A stretch of 64,000 bases of DNA from Verrucomicrobiota bacterium. Its GTDB lineage: Bacteria; Verrucomicrobiota; Verrucomicrobiia; Limisphaerales; JACDHS01. The position numbers and the translations under genes are program-made. The notes beneath the pieces were generated by a model, which ran no database searches, had not been told where the DNA came from, and saw nothing but the letters and a program-made list of their open reading frames with translations. Numbering within the stretch: the first letter of the stretch is position 1; each line of letters starts with the position of its first letter. The DNA is taken from assembly GCA_013820875.1 (NCBI GenBank), contig JACDHS010000004.1, positions 20,563 to 84,562 of the forward strand. Direction: 5' to 3'. This document shows, piece by piece, positions 38,961-49,068 of this stretch.

Positions 38961-40559
38961 GTGAACGAGATTTCCCAGGATGAAGTAAAAAGTGGTTCCA
39001 CTCCAGCAGAAGGCCGACCTCGCAAGCTGCTGTTCTCTTCTGTCCACTTCATTGAAACCAAGAGCTTATGGATACCAGGTCTCCTGGTGCTCCTGTTTTT
39101 TGGGGCGCTTTTTTGGGCGAAAGCCAAAGATCCTTACAAACGAATCTGGTTCACACTCAAACCGGAAAACTGCCCGAAAGCCAAGGCTGTGGCGGTTCTT
39201 TCGAAACCGATTCGTCCAGTTCCCATAGTGATCTTCGCACATGATCGGGGGGAGACACTGTTGAGCAGCGGTGTGGAACTGCGCCAGATGGCTGAAATGG
39301 GCATGGCCACCATCAACTTTGAGTATGATCAAAACAGCCGGGAAAACTTTAATGCCCAGTTCCTTCAACTTCATCGCTTTCTTCAAAGGCAGTCGTGGGC
39401 CAGAACGAATGATGTAGCCTGGATCGGCGCTGGGCTTGGAGCAGAATGGATGCTTCAGTTCGCGCTCGAGAACCAGACGCTTCAACCGCAGATGATGATT
39501 CAATTGGGAGGAAAGTGGTTTCCCGATTTAGGTGCCGCAACTACCCAATCCAATTTCCTCAAATCGCGGGTTTCGTTGTTTCACGGCGAAAATGACAATC
39601 TCGTCTCGGAGACCGAAGTGACGCGCCTGCGGGATTTTTTCGTGACGAACGGGGTCACTGCTGACTTGCGGATTGTGCGAGGGCAACAACATGATTTCGA
39701 ACCAGACCGAACATTGTTCTTCCGGGTGCTTGGTGAGCATTGCTTACAAGTGCTTGGTGGCGGCAATGCATTGGGAACATATCGTTCCATTGCATTATGG
39801 GATAAAAATGCAAAACCACTTCTGCTCTATTGGATTCCGGCAATCGCCTGGATTGGACTCTGGATTTATGTGAAGCGACGAAACCGCTCCCCTGCGCCCG
39901 GCGTTCCCTTGGCCTGGTGGGAGAACGGGTTGCGTTTCCTCGCAGTATTTCTCATGGTCCTGGCGTTGGGACGAAGTGCCATTCATCTACTCACGCCTCG
40001 ATTCCAAGTTAGTCCATGGACTTTGTCGATCGCTGAAAAGTTCCTGATAATTCCAAAATGGAGGGAGGATTTCGATGCTGTAAAGCATCAATCCTACTGG
40101 TCGGACGAGCGTCTCAAAACTCTGCTAACCCACGTTGAATTATCGAATTACAATCGCGAGTTAATCAATTGGAGAGTGGATGATCCAATCTATCGCGAAT
40201 TCGTTTTGTCGCCGATCATTACCGGGGATGACAAAGAACTGAATTGGCGTCGTTCACTCTGGGAAAGTTTTTATCCGCGCATTCGAAAGGAAAATTCCAT
40301 TTTCTCTGCGGCGCGAATCATCGTCCGCCACCTGCGAGAACGTGTGACTATCTCGGGGGAGCAATATGATTATGGGATTGAAGGGATCTGGCTCAACCAG
40401 ATTACCGATGCAACGGGATTTGAAATGATCTACGTGGCTGCAATGCGCTCGGCAGGAATTGCGGCGCGCCTGAACACGGCAGGACGCGCCGAATTTTGGG
40501 ACGATGTCTCCTGGCAACTCGCGCCACGGCCTGCGATTGAGCAGTTGGATAAACTGTAA
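38961..40559 (+). CDS. Alpha/beta-hydrolase-like plus transglutaminase-like membrane protein (start uncertain)
   Basis: WIGAGLGA, FHGEND, C-terminal VAAMRSAGIAAR. Confidence 0.65.
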   Translation: MNEISQDEVKSGSTPAEGRPRKLLFSSVHFIETKSLWIPGLLVLLFFGALFWAKAKDPYKRIWFTLKPENCPKAKAVAVLSKPIRPVPIVIFAHDRGETLLSSGVELRQMAEMGMATINFEYDQNSRENFNAQFLQLHRFLQRQSWARTNDVAWIGAGLGAEWMLQFALENQTLQPQMMIQLGGKWFPDLGAATTQSNFLKSRVSLFHGENDNLVSETEVTRLRDFFVTNGVTADLRIVRGQQHDFEPDRTLFFRVLGEHCLQVLGGGNALGTYRSIALWDKNAKPLLLYWIPAIAWIGLWIYVKRRNRSPAPGVPLAWWENGLRFLAVFLMVLALGRSAIHLLTPRFQVSPWTLSIAEKFLIIPKWREDFDAVKHQSYWSDERLKTLLTHVELSNYNRELINWRVDDPIYREFVLSPIITGDDKELNWRRSLWESFYPRIRKENSIFSAARIIVRHLRERVTISGEQYDYGIEGIWLNQITDATGFEMIYVAAMRSAGIAARLNTAGRAEFWDDVSWQLAPRPAIEQLDKL

Positions 40560-40574
40560 TCGGGTGTTCTTGAA

Positions 40575-41759
40575 ATGAAAAAGATACTCAGAGAAGCCTT
40601 TGTAATTCTGATTATTGGAATCCTTGGAAGTTCTGCCACTCTTCTTGCACGCGAGCCTTTCGTTCCAGGCAAACTCGAAGAAATTGACACCACGATCAAT
40701 GAAGCCATAGCCAAAAGGAAACTTCCAGGAGCCGTTTTCTGGCTGGAATCCGATGGGCAATCCTATCAGCGGGTGTATGGGCACCGAATGGTTGCTCCTA
40801 TCAAGGAGGATCTCGCCGAGGATACCATTTTCGATGCAGCATCCCTTACGAAAGTCATCGCTACCACGCCAGCCATCATGGTGCTGGTACAGCGCGGCTC
40901 GGTGAAACTGGATGAACCTGTTAAAACTTATCTCCAGGAGTTCCAGGGAGATGGGCGCGACTCTATCACCGTGCGACACCTTCTGGCGCATACGTCTGGG
41001 CTGACTCCCGGATTCGATCCCAAGCTTGTCTGGGAAGGTTACGCGGGAGCGATCCAGATGGCTTGCCTCGAGCGGCCAGGTTCATCGCCCGGCACAAAGA
41101 TTCGCTATAGCGATGTGAATTTCATTCTCCTGGGCGAAATCGTTCAACGTGTCAGTCAAATGCAATTGAACCATTTTGTTATCCGGGAGATTTACCGTCC
41201 ACTGCAGATGTGGGACACCGGTTACCTTCCTTCCGCAAAAAAGAGGGCACTGGTTGCGCCGACCGAAAGAGGTTTGCACCAGGGGATCGTACACGATCCA
41301 ACCGCCCGAAAAATGGGGGGAGTTGCTGGTCATGCCGGCGTTTTTACCACTGCCACCAATCTAGCGCGATTTGCCCGTATGCTATTGAATGATGGCGAGC
41401 TGTCCGGCGTGCGTATTTTCAAGCCGGAAACAGTCCAACTCATGATCCAGACGCATACACCCGATTCGCTGACACAAAAGAGAGGTTTAGGATGGGATAT
41501 TGATACCGGCTTCAGCCATCCTCGCGGCGCCTTGTTCCCGATTGGATCCTATGGTCATACTGGTTTTACAGGCACTTCTATTTGGATAGATCCTTTCTCG
41601 AAAACTTTTTGGATTCTTTTGTCGAGCCGACTTCATCCCAATGGTTCCGGAAACATCATGACGCTGCAACGCGAGCTCGGCACTCTCTCCGCAGAAGCAA
41701 TCACCCATTTTGATTTTCAACATTTGAAACCGGTCAATCACTCAGTGGCAACCGATTGA
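40575..41759 (+). CDS. Serine hydrolase, beta-lactamase class C-like
   Basis: ASLTK, LLAHTSG, YSD, HTGFTG. Confidence 0.92.
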   Translation: MKKILREAFVILIIGILGSSATLLAREPFVPGKLEEIDTTINEAIAKRKLPGAVFWLESDGQSYQRVYGHRMVAPIKEDLAEDTIFDAASLTKVIATTPAIMVLVQRGSVKLDEPVKTYLQEFQGDGRDSITVRHLLAHTSGLTPGFDPKLVWEGYAGAIQMACLERPGSSPGTKIRYSDVNFILLGEIVQRVSQMQLNHFVIREIYRPLQMWDTGYLPSAKKRALVAPTERGLHQGIVHDPTARKMGGVAGHAGVFTTATNLARFARMLLNDGELSGVRIFKPETVQLMIQTHTPDSLTQKRGLGWDIDTGFSHPRGALFPIGSYGHTGFTGTSIWIDPFSKTFWILLSSRLHPNGSGNIMTLQRELGTLSAEAITHFDFQHLKPVNHSVATD

Positions 41760-41853
41760 TCGGTTCCCTTCCTGGGCAGGACTCGGCTTGACTTGGATCA
41801 CACGCGGAAAAAATTTCTCTAGGCTCTGTGCGCCGCTGTGGCAGATTCGGTGC

Positions 41854-42897
41854 ATGTTGACGAAGGAAAGCATCACAGAGGCGCTGAAGACTGTTAAATA
41901 TCCGGGTTACTCCCGCGACATTGTTTCATTTGGACTAATCAAAAATGTGGCGTTGCACGAAGGTGACGTGGTCGTTTCCCTCCAGCTTTCCACCCCCAGC
42001 AATGATGTCGCCGCACAATTGAAGCGCGAAGCGGAATTAGCCCTGCAGAATCTTCCGGGAATCAAGACGGCAAAAGTGGATGTCATGATGCCGAGCGCGC
42101 AACAAGTCGCCGCTGCCACCAATACGATGGCAGGGCAAGCGAAGGTTCCAGGTGTCAAACGAATCGTCGCCATTGCCTCGGGCAAAGGTGGCGTCGGTAA
42201 ATCAACCGTTTCAGTGAACCTGGCCTGCGCGTTGCAACAGCTCGGGGCCAAGGTGGGTTTGCTCGATTGCGATATCTACGGGCCGAGTATTCCGCTCATG
42301 ATGGGGGTTCACGAAAAACCGCAGGTCACGGACGATGAACGCCTGATCCCGCCGCAGAATTACGGGGTCAAGCTGATGAGCATGGGCTTCCTGGTGGAAG
42401 GTGATCAACCGGTCATCTGGCGTGGGCCAATGATTGTAAAGACGATCCAACAATTTTTGTTTGTCGTTGATTGGGGTGATCTCGACTACCTCCTCGTCGA
42501 TTTGCCGCCCGGCACCGGCGATGCCCAACTGACGCTATGCCAGACGGTGCCGCTCGACGGTGGCGTCATTGTGACCACCCCGCAGGAAGCTTCGCTCGGC
42601 GTCGTGCGCAAGGGCGTCGCCATGTTTGAAAAGGTGAATGTGCCGATTCTTGGGATTGTGGAGAATATGAGTTACTTCACCACGCCTAATGGTGAACGGG
42701 TCGAAATCTTCGGCCACGGCGGCGGACGCTACGAAGCGGCCCGCAAAGAAGTTAATTTCCTCGGCGAAGTTCCCATCTTTACCGAAATCCGCATCGGCGG
42801 CGATGAAGGACGCCCGATCACGGTAAAAGATCCAAAGAGCGCCCCGGCGCAATGCTTCATGAAGGTAGCTGAGGAACTGCGGAAAATTCTTGGGTAA
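41854..42897 (+). CDS. mrp: Mrp/ApbC Fe-S cluster carrier ATPase
   Basis: SGKGGVGKST, WRGPM, DLPPGTGD, ENMS. Confidence 0.95.
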   Translation: MLTKESITEALKTVKYPGYSRDIVSFGLIKNVALHEGDVVVSLQLSTPSNDVAAQLKREAELALQNLPGIKTAKVDVMMPSAQQVAAATNTMAGQAKVPGVKRIVAIASGKGGVGKSTVSVNLACALQQLGAKVGLLDCDIYGPSIPLMMGVHEKPQVTDDERLIPPQNYGVKLMSMGFLVEGDQPVIWRGPMIVKTIQQFLFVVDWGDLDYLLVDLPPGTGDAQLTLCQTVPLDGGVIVTTPQEASLGVVRKGVAMFEKVNVPILGIVENMSYFTTPNGERVEIFGHGGGRYEAARKEVNFLGEVPIFTEIRIGGDEGRPITVKDPKSAPAQCFMKVAEELRKILG

Positions 42898-43097
42898 TCC
42901 GGCAGTTGCTTGCTTAACCGCTGATCTTCGCTAATAGGCCCCAATGGGAGTAGCGGAGCGAAACAAAGGATTTCACCCAACAAACGGTGCCCCCTTTTCT
43001 TCCATTCCCACTGCCGAGAAACCGGTTTAAGATCCCGGCACTGACGCCTTGCCTCAAGTGACTTCAAAAGGAAAAGCTGAGTTTGGGCGCAAAATGA

Positions 43098-43430
43098 CGA
43101 AAAAAGGGATTTTTGACACCCAACACACCTTGCTGAGGGTCAAAAAAGCCTTTTTACGACCTCCGCAAGGTTTGCGGACAGTCAAAAATCCCTTTTTTGA
43201 CACCCAGCAACCTTTGCTGACTCCCCAAAAACCCTTTTTCGACACCCAACACACCTTGTTGAAGGTCAAAAATCCCTTTTTGCGACCTTCGCAAGGTTTG
43301 CGGACAGTCAAAAAACCCTTTTTGAGGAGTGCGCAAGGTGTGTTGACAGTCAAAAATCCGTTTTTTGGCGGCCAACACACCTTGCTGACTCCCAAAAATC
43401 CCTTTTTTGCCGGTCCGCAGACCCTCCACG
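43098..43430. repeat. Degenerate 42-bp quasi-palindromic tandem repeat, about 8 copies
   Basis: T tract after the A5-CCC block starts at 43151, 43193, 43235, 43277, 43319, 43361, 43403. Confidence 0.93.
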
Positions 43431-43482
43431 GGAAGCCTGAAAAACATTTCAAAACTCCGCCAACTGCCGGTTTAATTAAGGA

Positions 43483-44349
43483 TTACATAGCGGCTGTTTG
43501 GAATTGCGGATGCCTTTGCAGTTTCTCCCAGTTTTCTTCAGAAATAGGGAGTTGCCGATAGAGAGCTTCAAACATGGGTTCTGCGCTGGTGGAACGTCTC
43601 GCCTTTTCCAGCCAGGCGCGGTCCAGCGGTTCGTTAATCAAATTCAATGAATTGGCAGCAATGGTGGTTTCTTCCTTCTCACCCGTCGCATGGCCCACTC
43701 CAACGAAAAACCCTGCCAGCAACAAGGTGACACGAAGCATCGTGCTGCGGGAGTAGGTTGGCATTGCACACGGCCGATTTGAGTCCAGTAACTGGAAGAG
43801 GTCAGTAAAAAGAGGCAATGTCCACATTGCGGGGTTGCGGGCGGGAGAAAAGGCATCGAACAGAATGACATCCGGCTTCAAAAGGAGCTTCGCGCCGGGA
43901 GTTTTCAGAAAGGTCGGAAAATCGCCGAGGCGCAGTTGCCAGTTCACATTCTTTTCGCCATTCAGAAACTCCACGTCATGTGTTTGGATTAATTGCCGCA
44001 CCGGTTCTTCATATCCCGCGAAATAGCCGAGTTCCTCTTTTTTCTGCAGGGAAAATTGCAGCGGTTCCAGCGTGTAATCGAAGCTGATGACGCGGAGCCT
44101 GGCCAGGCTTTTGCGGGCCGCGCGGAGAATAGTGAGCACATTGGCGGCGGCCCCCAAGCCGATATCCCAGATGACGAATTCTCCCTGGTGCTTTTCCAGG
44201 CGGTCGAGGAGTTTGATTTGTTGCAGATAAAGCGCTTCCGCTTCTGCCACGGGACCAATCACAGGATGGAACGTTTCACCGTATTCCGTCGAGTGCAGGC
44301 TCCACGCACCGCTCGTGAGCTGAACCAGTTTGTAAGTGCCGCTTTGCAC
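43483..44349 (-). CDS. MnmC/MnmD-type SAM-dependent methyltransferase (probable GTG start)
   Basis: ETFHP..G, DIGLG.AAN, FDAFSPARNPAMW, TYS. Confidence 0.85.
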   Translation of the reverse strand: MQSGTYKLVQLTSGAWSLHSTEYGETFHPVIGPVAEAEALYLQQIKLLDRLEKHQGEFVIWDIGLGAAANVLTILRAARKSLARLRVISFDYTLEPLQFSLQKKEELGYFAGYEEPVRQLIQTHDVEFLNGEKNVNWQLRLGDFPTFLKTPGAKLLLKPDVILFDAFSPARNPAMWTLPLFTDLFQLLDSNRPCAMPTYSRSTMLRVTLLLAGFFVGVGHATGEKEETTIAANSLNLINEPLDRAWLEKARRSTSAEPMFEALYRQLPISEENWEKLQRHPQFQTAAM

Positions 44350-44356
44350 AGAAAGC

Positions 44357-45298
44357 TTAAGAATCGGCGAAGCGCTGGAGGAAGTCGGTGTAGGCCAGCT
44401 CAATGCCTGTCTCCAAATCCATTTTGGGCCTCCAACCGAGCGCAAAAAGACGTGAACTGTCCATCAGCTTGCGTGGAGTCCCGTCGGGCTTGGAATCGTC
44501 CCAGATAATTTCGCCAGTGAAATCGATGATACGTTTCACAAGCTCGGCCAATTGCTTGATTGTCAGTTCCTGGCCCGAGCCGACGTTGATGAATTCTTCC
44601 TCACTGTAGTTCTCCATCAAAAAGACTGCCGCACTGCCCAGGTCATCCGCGTGCATGAATTCACGGAATGGCGAACCAGTGCCCCAGCAGGTGACGGCTG
44701 GCAGGTTGGCGACTTTAGCTTCATGAAATTTGCGGATCAACGCTGGCAATACATGGGAGCTCTGCGGATGGTAATTGTCATTTGTGCCATAAAGATTGGT
44801 CGGCATGACAGAAATGAAGTCGCAGCCATATTGGCGTCGGTAAGCCTGGCACATCTTGATCCCGGCGATTTTAGCTACTGCATACCATTCGTTGGTTGGT
44901 TCCAAGGGCCCAGTGAGCAGGTATTCTTCTTTTAGCGGCTGCGGAGCCAGTTTCGGATAAATGCAAGAGCTGCCGAGGAACAAAAGCTTCCTGGCTCCAT
45001 GCAAATAGGCGGTGTGGATGAGATTGTTCTGAATTTGGAGATTTTCATAAAGGAACTGGCCCGGTAACGAATCATTGGCCAGAATGCCCCCTACTCTTGC
45101 GGCTGCAACAAACACATATTCTGGTTTCTCATTCTTGAAAAAGGTTTGAACTGCTGCCGTATCCAACAGGTCTAATTCAGCATGGGTGCGACCGATTACA
45201 TTGGAAAAACCCTGTTTTTCAAGTTCGCGCCATATGGCACTGCCTGCCAAACCGCGATGGCCGGCCACGTAAATTCTGGAATTACGCGAGATTTGCAT
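44357..45298 (-). CDS. fcl: GDP-L-fucose synthase
   Basis: GHRGLAG, FLGSSCIYP, YAVAK, PTNLYG, KPDGTPRK. Confidence 0.97.
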   Translation of the reverse strand: MQISRNSRIYVAGHRGLAGSAIWRELEKQGFSNVIGRTHAELDLLDTAAVQTFFKNEKPEYVFVAAARVGGILANDSLPGQFLYENLQIQNNLIHTAYLHGARKLLFLGSSCIYPKLAPQPLKEEYLLTGPLEPTNEWYAVAKIAGIKMCQAYRRQYGCDFISVMPTNLYGTNDNYHPQSSHVLPALIRKFHEAKVANLPAVTCWGTGSPFREFMHADDLGSAAVFLMENYSEEEFINVGSGQELTIKQLAELVKRIIDFTGEIIWDDSKPDGTPRKLMDSSRLFALGWRPKMDLETGIELAYTDFLQRFADS

Positions 45299-45485
45299 AG
45301 TAAACGTCGCAGCTAACGGCATTTTCGCGTAAATGCAAGCATTCGGGGGCGAAAGAGTGGTTTGGGATCACTTAAGCGGCCTTGATTGCCAAACATTGTG
45401 CCGGGGAGTGCCTTATTTTTTAACACTCGTTTGGTCAAATCAGTTTGCAGGCGCAAATTCCTGTGTAAAACATCACTGTTGACTT

Positions 45486-45501
45486 TGGCACTGAGATTGC
45501 T
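45486..45501 (+). promoter_or_regulatory. Sigma-54 (-24/-12) promoter
   Basis: TGGCAC-TGAGA-TTGCT matches TGGCAC-N5-TTGCW, about 105 bp upstream of the pilin gene. Confidence 0.85.
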
Positions 45502-45607
45502 AAAACGGACATTGCGGTAGACAGAAGGCAATAAGTGAACAAACGTCCTAATTATAAAACCGTCTTCTGTTACGTTCACGCCGCAGTAAACAGAAAAGGT
45601 AAATACA

Positions 45608-45988
45608 ATGAAAATCCAAATGAGTCGTAAGTCGGGCTTCACACTGGTTGAAATCATGATCGTCGTCGCCATCATCGGTCTGTTGGCCGCGATCGCGATT
45701 CCGAACTTCGTGAAAGCTCGCACCACCGCCCAGCAAAATGGTTGCATCAACAACCTCCGCCAGATTGACGGTGCCAAAGAACAATGGGCTTTGGAAAAGA
45801 AAAAAGCTGAAGGTGATCCGATTACTCAAACCGAAGTGGACGAGTACATCAAAGGTGGCACACCTAAATGCCCATCCACTGGTGATACTGCCAGCTATGA
45901 CTATGGTGATGTAGGCGCAGATCCTACATGCGAAAAATCAGGTGAAACTGCCGCGCATGTGCTGCCTAATCCGCAGGTCACCCCATAA
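45608..45988 (+). CDS. Type IV pilin (probable major pilin)
   Basis: G|FTLVEIMIVVAIIGLLAAIAIP class III signal peptide. Confidence 0.92.
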   Translation: MKIQMSRKSGFTLVEIMIVVAIIGLLAAIAIPNFVKARTTAQQNGCINNLRQIDGAKEQWALEKKKAEGDPITQTEVDEYIKGGTPKCPSTGDTASYDYGDVGADPTCEKSGETAAHVLPNPQVTP

Positions 45989-45999
45989 TAGTCTTTATG

Positions 46000-46040
46000 G
46001 CAAAAAGGCTTAGGAGCAATCCTAAGCCTTTTTTGCTTTT
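46000..46040 (+). terminator. Rho-independent terminator/attenuator after the first pilin
   Basis: AAAAAGGCTTAGGA-GCAA-TCCTAAGCCTTTTTT. Confidence 0.9.
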
Positions 46041-46080
46041 AAGACGGTATGGAAACAGCTTTAATCCATGTAAGCCTATT

Positions 46081-46443
46081 ATGCGTGTTTTTAACAAGGT
46101 TGAATCGGGTTTTACGCTGGTCGAAATTCTCATCGTGGTAGCGGTCATCGGACTGCTTATCTCGATCGCAGTGCCGAACTTCGCGAAAACCCGCAAAGTC
46201 GCTCAAGCGAACATCTGCGTGGAAAACTTGATGCAAATTGAATCGGCCAAACAAATGTGGGCTCTGGAAACACTCAAGGCCGATGGCGACCCCGTCGAAC
46301 CCGATAACTTGATTGGCATGACTCTTTACATCAAAAAGACACCCGAATGCCCGAGTGGCGGGGAGTATGATTACAATGTGGTGGGGACGAATGCGTTCTG
46401 CAGCTTTGGAAATCAAGTCACTCCTCCTCACGTTTTGGAATGA
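46081..46443 (+). CDS. Type IV pilin paralog (minor pilin)
   Basis: G|FTLVEILIVVAVIGLLISIAVPNF; same Cys pattern as the first pilin. Confidence 0.9.
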   Translation: MRVFNKVESGFTLVEILIVVAVIGLLISIAVPNFAKTRKVAQANICVENLMQIESAKQMWALETLKADGDPVEPDNLIGMTLYIKKTPECPSGGEYDYNVVGTNAFCSFGNQVTPPHVLE

Positions 46444-46551
46444 TAAACTCACACCTGGGGATTCGTCTTCAGGTTCTTTTGTTTCAGATTTGAACGAGTC
46501 TTTTTGCTCATTGTCTATAAAGTGCAATTCTAACACATTTTCGGTTTAGCT

Positions 46552-47307
46552 ATGGCGGAAGTCATTAAAGTCGAAAAGTTGACAGTAGAATTTCCCGCTG
46601 GCGGAGCAGGGCAGCAAACCAAGGTCGCCGTTAAAAACTTGAATCTGACGGTGTCCTCGGGAGAAGTCTTTGGTTTCCTAGGACCAAACGGCGCGGGAAA
46701 GACCACAACCATGAACGTCCTGCTCGGGTTCGTTAACCCGACCAGTGGTTCGGCTTCCATCTTCGGGGTGGATGTCCGCCAGCCGATTGCCCGGCAGCGC
46801 ATCGGGTATCTTCCAGAGTTGACCTACTATTACAAATTCCTGACTGCTGAGGAATTGCTGCGTTTTTATGCAAAAGTATTCCGAATTCCCAAAGACCAGG
46901 TAGAAAGTCGAATTGATGAGGTGTTGAAGCTGGTGGAGTTGGAGCATGCCCGGAAACGATTGATTAAAACGTATTCCAAAGGGATGCAGCAACGGGCCGG
47001 CCTGGCCCAGGCGTTGATCAACGATCCTGACCTGCTTATTTTGGATGAACCAACCAGCGGTCTCGATCCGATTGGCCGGATGAAGGTTCGGGAGATTATT
47101 CAACGACTTAAAAACGAAGGGAAGACCGTGTTCTTCTCCTCGCACGAACTGGGTGAGGTCGAAACCGTGTGTGATCGCGTGGCCATTTTGAACCAGGGAG
47201 AATTGAAGGTGACAGGCCGCGTTGATGACCTGGTAAGAGAAAATCAAATGAATCTCGAGAAAATTTTCCTCGAAATGATCGGCTACAAAAGTCCAGTCAC
47301 AGTATGA
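46552..47307 (+). CDS. ABC transporter ATP-binding protein
   Basis: GPNGAGKTT, YSKGMQQR, ILDEPTSGLDP. Confidence 0.96.
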   Translation: MAEVIKVEKLTVEFPAGGAGQQTKVAVKNLNLTVSSGEVFGFLGPNGAGKTTTMNVLLGFVNPTSGSASIFGVDVRQPIARQRIGYLPELTYYYKFLTAEELLRFYAKVFRIPKDQVESRIDEVLKLVELEHARKRLIKTYSKGMQQRAGLAQALINDPDLLILDEPTSGLDPIGRMKVREIIQRLKNEGKTVFFSSHELGEVETVCDRVAILNQGELKVTGRVDDLVRENQMNLEKIFLEMIGYKSPVTV

Positions 47308-48083
47308 TGAATAATGCGTTTGCCCTGGCCGGTATCGTCATTAAAGAACTGTATCGGCGCAAAGATTTCTACGTTCTCTTTATTCTCACAGCCCTGCTGA
47401 CCCTGTTGCTCGGCTCGATCAATTTCTTCAACGAGCAAAATATCGCTCGCTATGTAAAAGAGTTTTGCCTGCTTTTGATCTGGATCGCCTCGCTCGTCAT
47501 CGCGGTGACTACCACCGCGCGACAGATCCCGGCGGAGCGCGAGCAACGAACGATTTTTCCGCTCCTGGCAAAACCTGTTTCACGAGGGGATCTGATTTTC
47601 GGCAAGTTTCTCGGCTGCTGGATTGCTTCCGGAATTGTTCTGGTGGTGTTCTACGTTTTCTTTGCGGTGATTACCGGTGCTCGTGAGCATCACATTCATG
47701 TCGCCGCGTATTTCCAGGCATTTTGGATGCATTGGATGATGCTTGGGGTTGTGGTGGGAATGGTTCTGCTGGGTTCAATCGTGTTTGCAGCGCCATCTTC
47801 CAACTCCACCATTTCGTTTGTTGTCATCCTCGGAATCCTGTTGGTCGGACGGCACCTGAATAAAGTTGCCGATAGCCTTGCCGAACCAACCAGTTCGATT
47901 CTTTACACCGTTTACTACGTCATTCCTCACCTTGAATTTTATGACCTGCGTGACCTGATTGTTCACAATGCCGGCTCAGCTCCCTGGTGGGCCGTCGGAG
48001 TGGCGACGATCTATGCGATGGTTTATGCCGCTCTGTTTCAGTTTGTGGCATGGATGACGTTCCGACGAAAAGCTCTGAATTAA
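47304..48083 (+). CDS. ABC-2 type permease
   Basis: 6 TM, EREQRTIFPLLAKPVSR..GKFLG. Confidence 0.92.
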   Translation: MMNNAFALAGIVIKELYRRKDFYVLFILTALLTLLLGSINFFNEQNIARYVKEFCLLLIWIASLVIAVTTTARQIPAEREQRTIFPLLAKPVSRGDLIFGKFLGCWIASGIVLVVFYVFFAVITGAREHHIHVAAYFQAFWMHWMMLGVVVGMVLLGSIVFAAPSSNSTISFVVILGILLVGRHLNKVADSLAEPTSSILYTVYYVIPHLEFYDLRDLIVHNAGSAPWWAVGVATIYAMVYAALFQFVAWMTFRRKALN

Positions 48084-48085
48084 AA

Positions 48086-48973
48086 ATGGCTTCACCACGG
48101 CTCATTTTACTGCTGCTCCTGGCGAGCGCGTTCAGTCTCTCCACAGTGCTGGCACAGTGGCACCAGAACTGGGCTGGCAATCGTTCTGACAACGGGAGCG
48201 CTTTGGCGGTGGTCATGGGCGATAGTCGTCGTATTTTCGCAAATCACTTTTTTACCAAGGCAGACGTTTATTTCCACAGCGGTTATTACCCGAGCATCTT
48301 TGATGCGCCCAAACAGCAGGAACGTTCGCACATGGAGGAGGATCTTACCCAAACCCACGATGACGAGGATGAGGATGATCACCATGCGCACGATGAGAGT
48401 TGTGATCATGGGGAGGAACATGGTGAAGCAGAGTTCCTCGATAAGCCGCGGAATATCATCGATGCGTTCGGTCGAAATTTTTATATCACCAGTCATTCCC
48501 ATTTGGCCGAAGGGGAGCAGCGCGAAATGTTGCCGTGGTTGAAAATCGCGGCAGAACTCGATCCGCAAAAAGTGCAGACTTACACCGTCGCTTCCTACTG
48601 GTTGCGGAGTAGATTGAACAAACCGAAAGAAGCAGAACAGTTCCTGCGGGAGGGTTTGCGAGTCAATCCGGACAGCTACGAGATTCTATTCGAGTTGGGG
48701 CGAATTCAGCGTGAGAACTATACCAACCCTGATAATGCGAGGAATCTTTGGGAATTGGCCCTGCTGAAATGGAGGAAACAAGAATCGGCCGGTCTGAAGC
48801 CGAACGAGTTCAATTACCAACAGATTATCGGGTTCCTTGGAGCTTTGGAAGAACAGCAGGGAAATGTTGTCAAAGCCATTGAGTATTTTGAGGCGCTAAA
48901 GGAAGTGTCACCGGCGAAAGCAGACATCGAATTACGCATCGAGAAATTAAAAGTCGCGAGCGAACCTCAATAG
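48086..48973 (+). CDS. Exported TPR-like protein with His/Asp-rich insert
   Basis: N-terminal hydrophobic segment, HDDEDEDDHHAHDESCDHGEEH, helical repeats. Confidence 0.8.
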   Translation: MASPRLILLLLLASAFSLSTVLAQWHQNWAGNRSDNGSALAVVMGDSRRIFANHFFTKADVYFHSGYYPSIFDAPKQQERSHMEEDLTQTHDDEDEDDHHAHDESCDHGEEHGEAEFLDKPRNIIDAFGRNFYITSHSHLAEGEQREMLPWLKIAAELDPQKVQTYTVASYWLRSRLNKPKEAEQFLREGLRVNPDSYEILFELGRIQRENYTNPDNARNLWELALLKWRKQESAGLKPNEFNYQQIIGFLGALEEQQGNVVKAIEYFEALKEVSPAKADIELRIEKLKVASEPQ

Positions 48974-49068
48974 GTGGTTGAACTTGCGAAGACGCAGAGA
49001 GCCAACGTTTCGGGCAATCGTTATTTATAGCAGCCCCCGTTCCACCCATTCTCAGACAGGCCTAAGAC

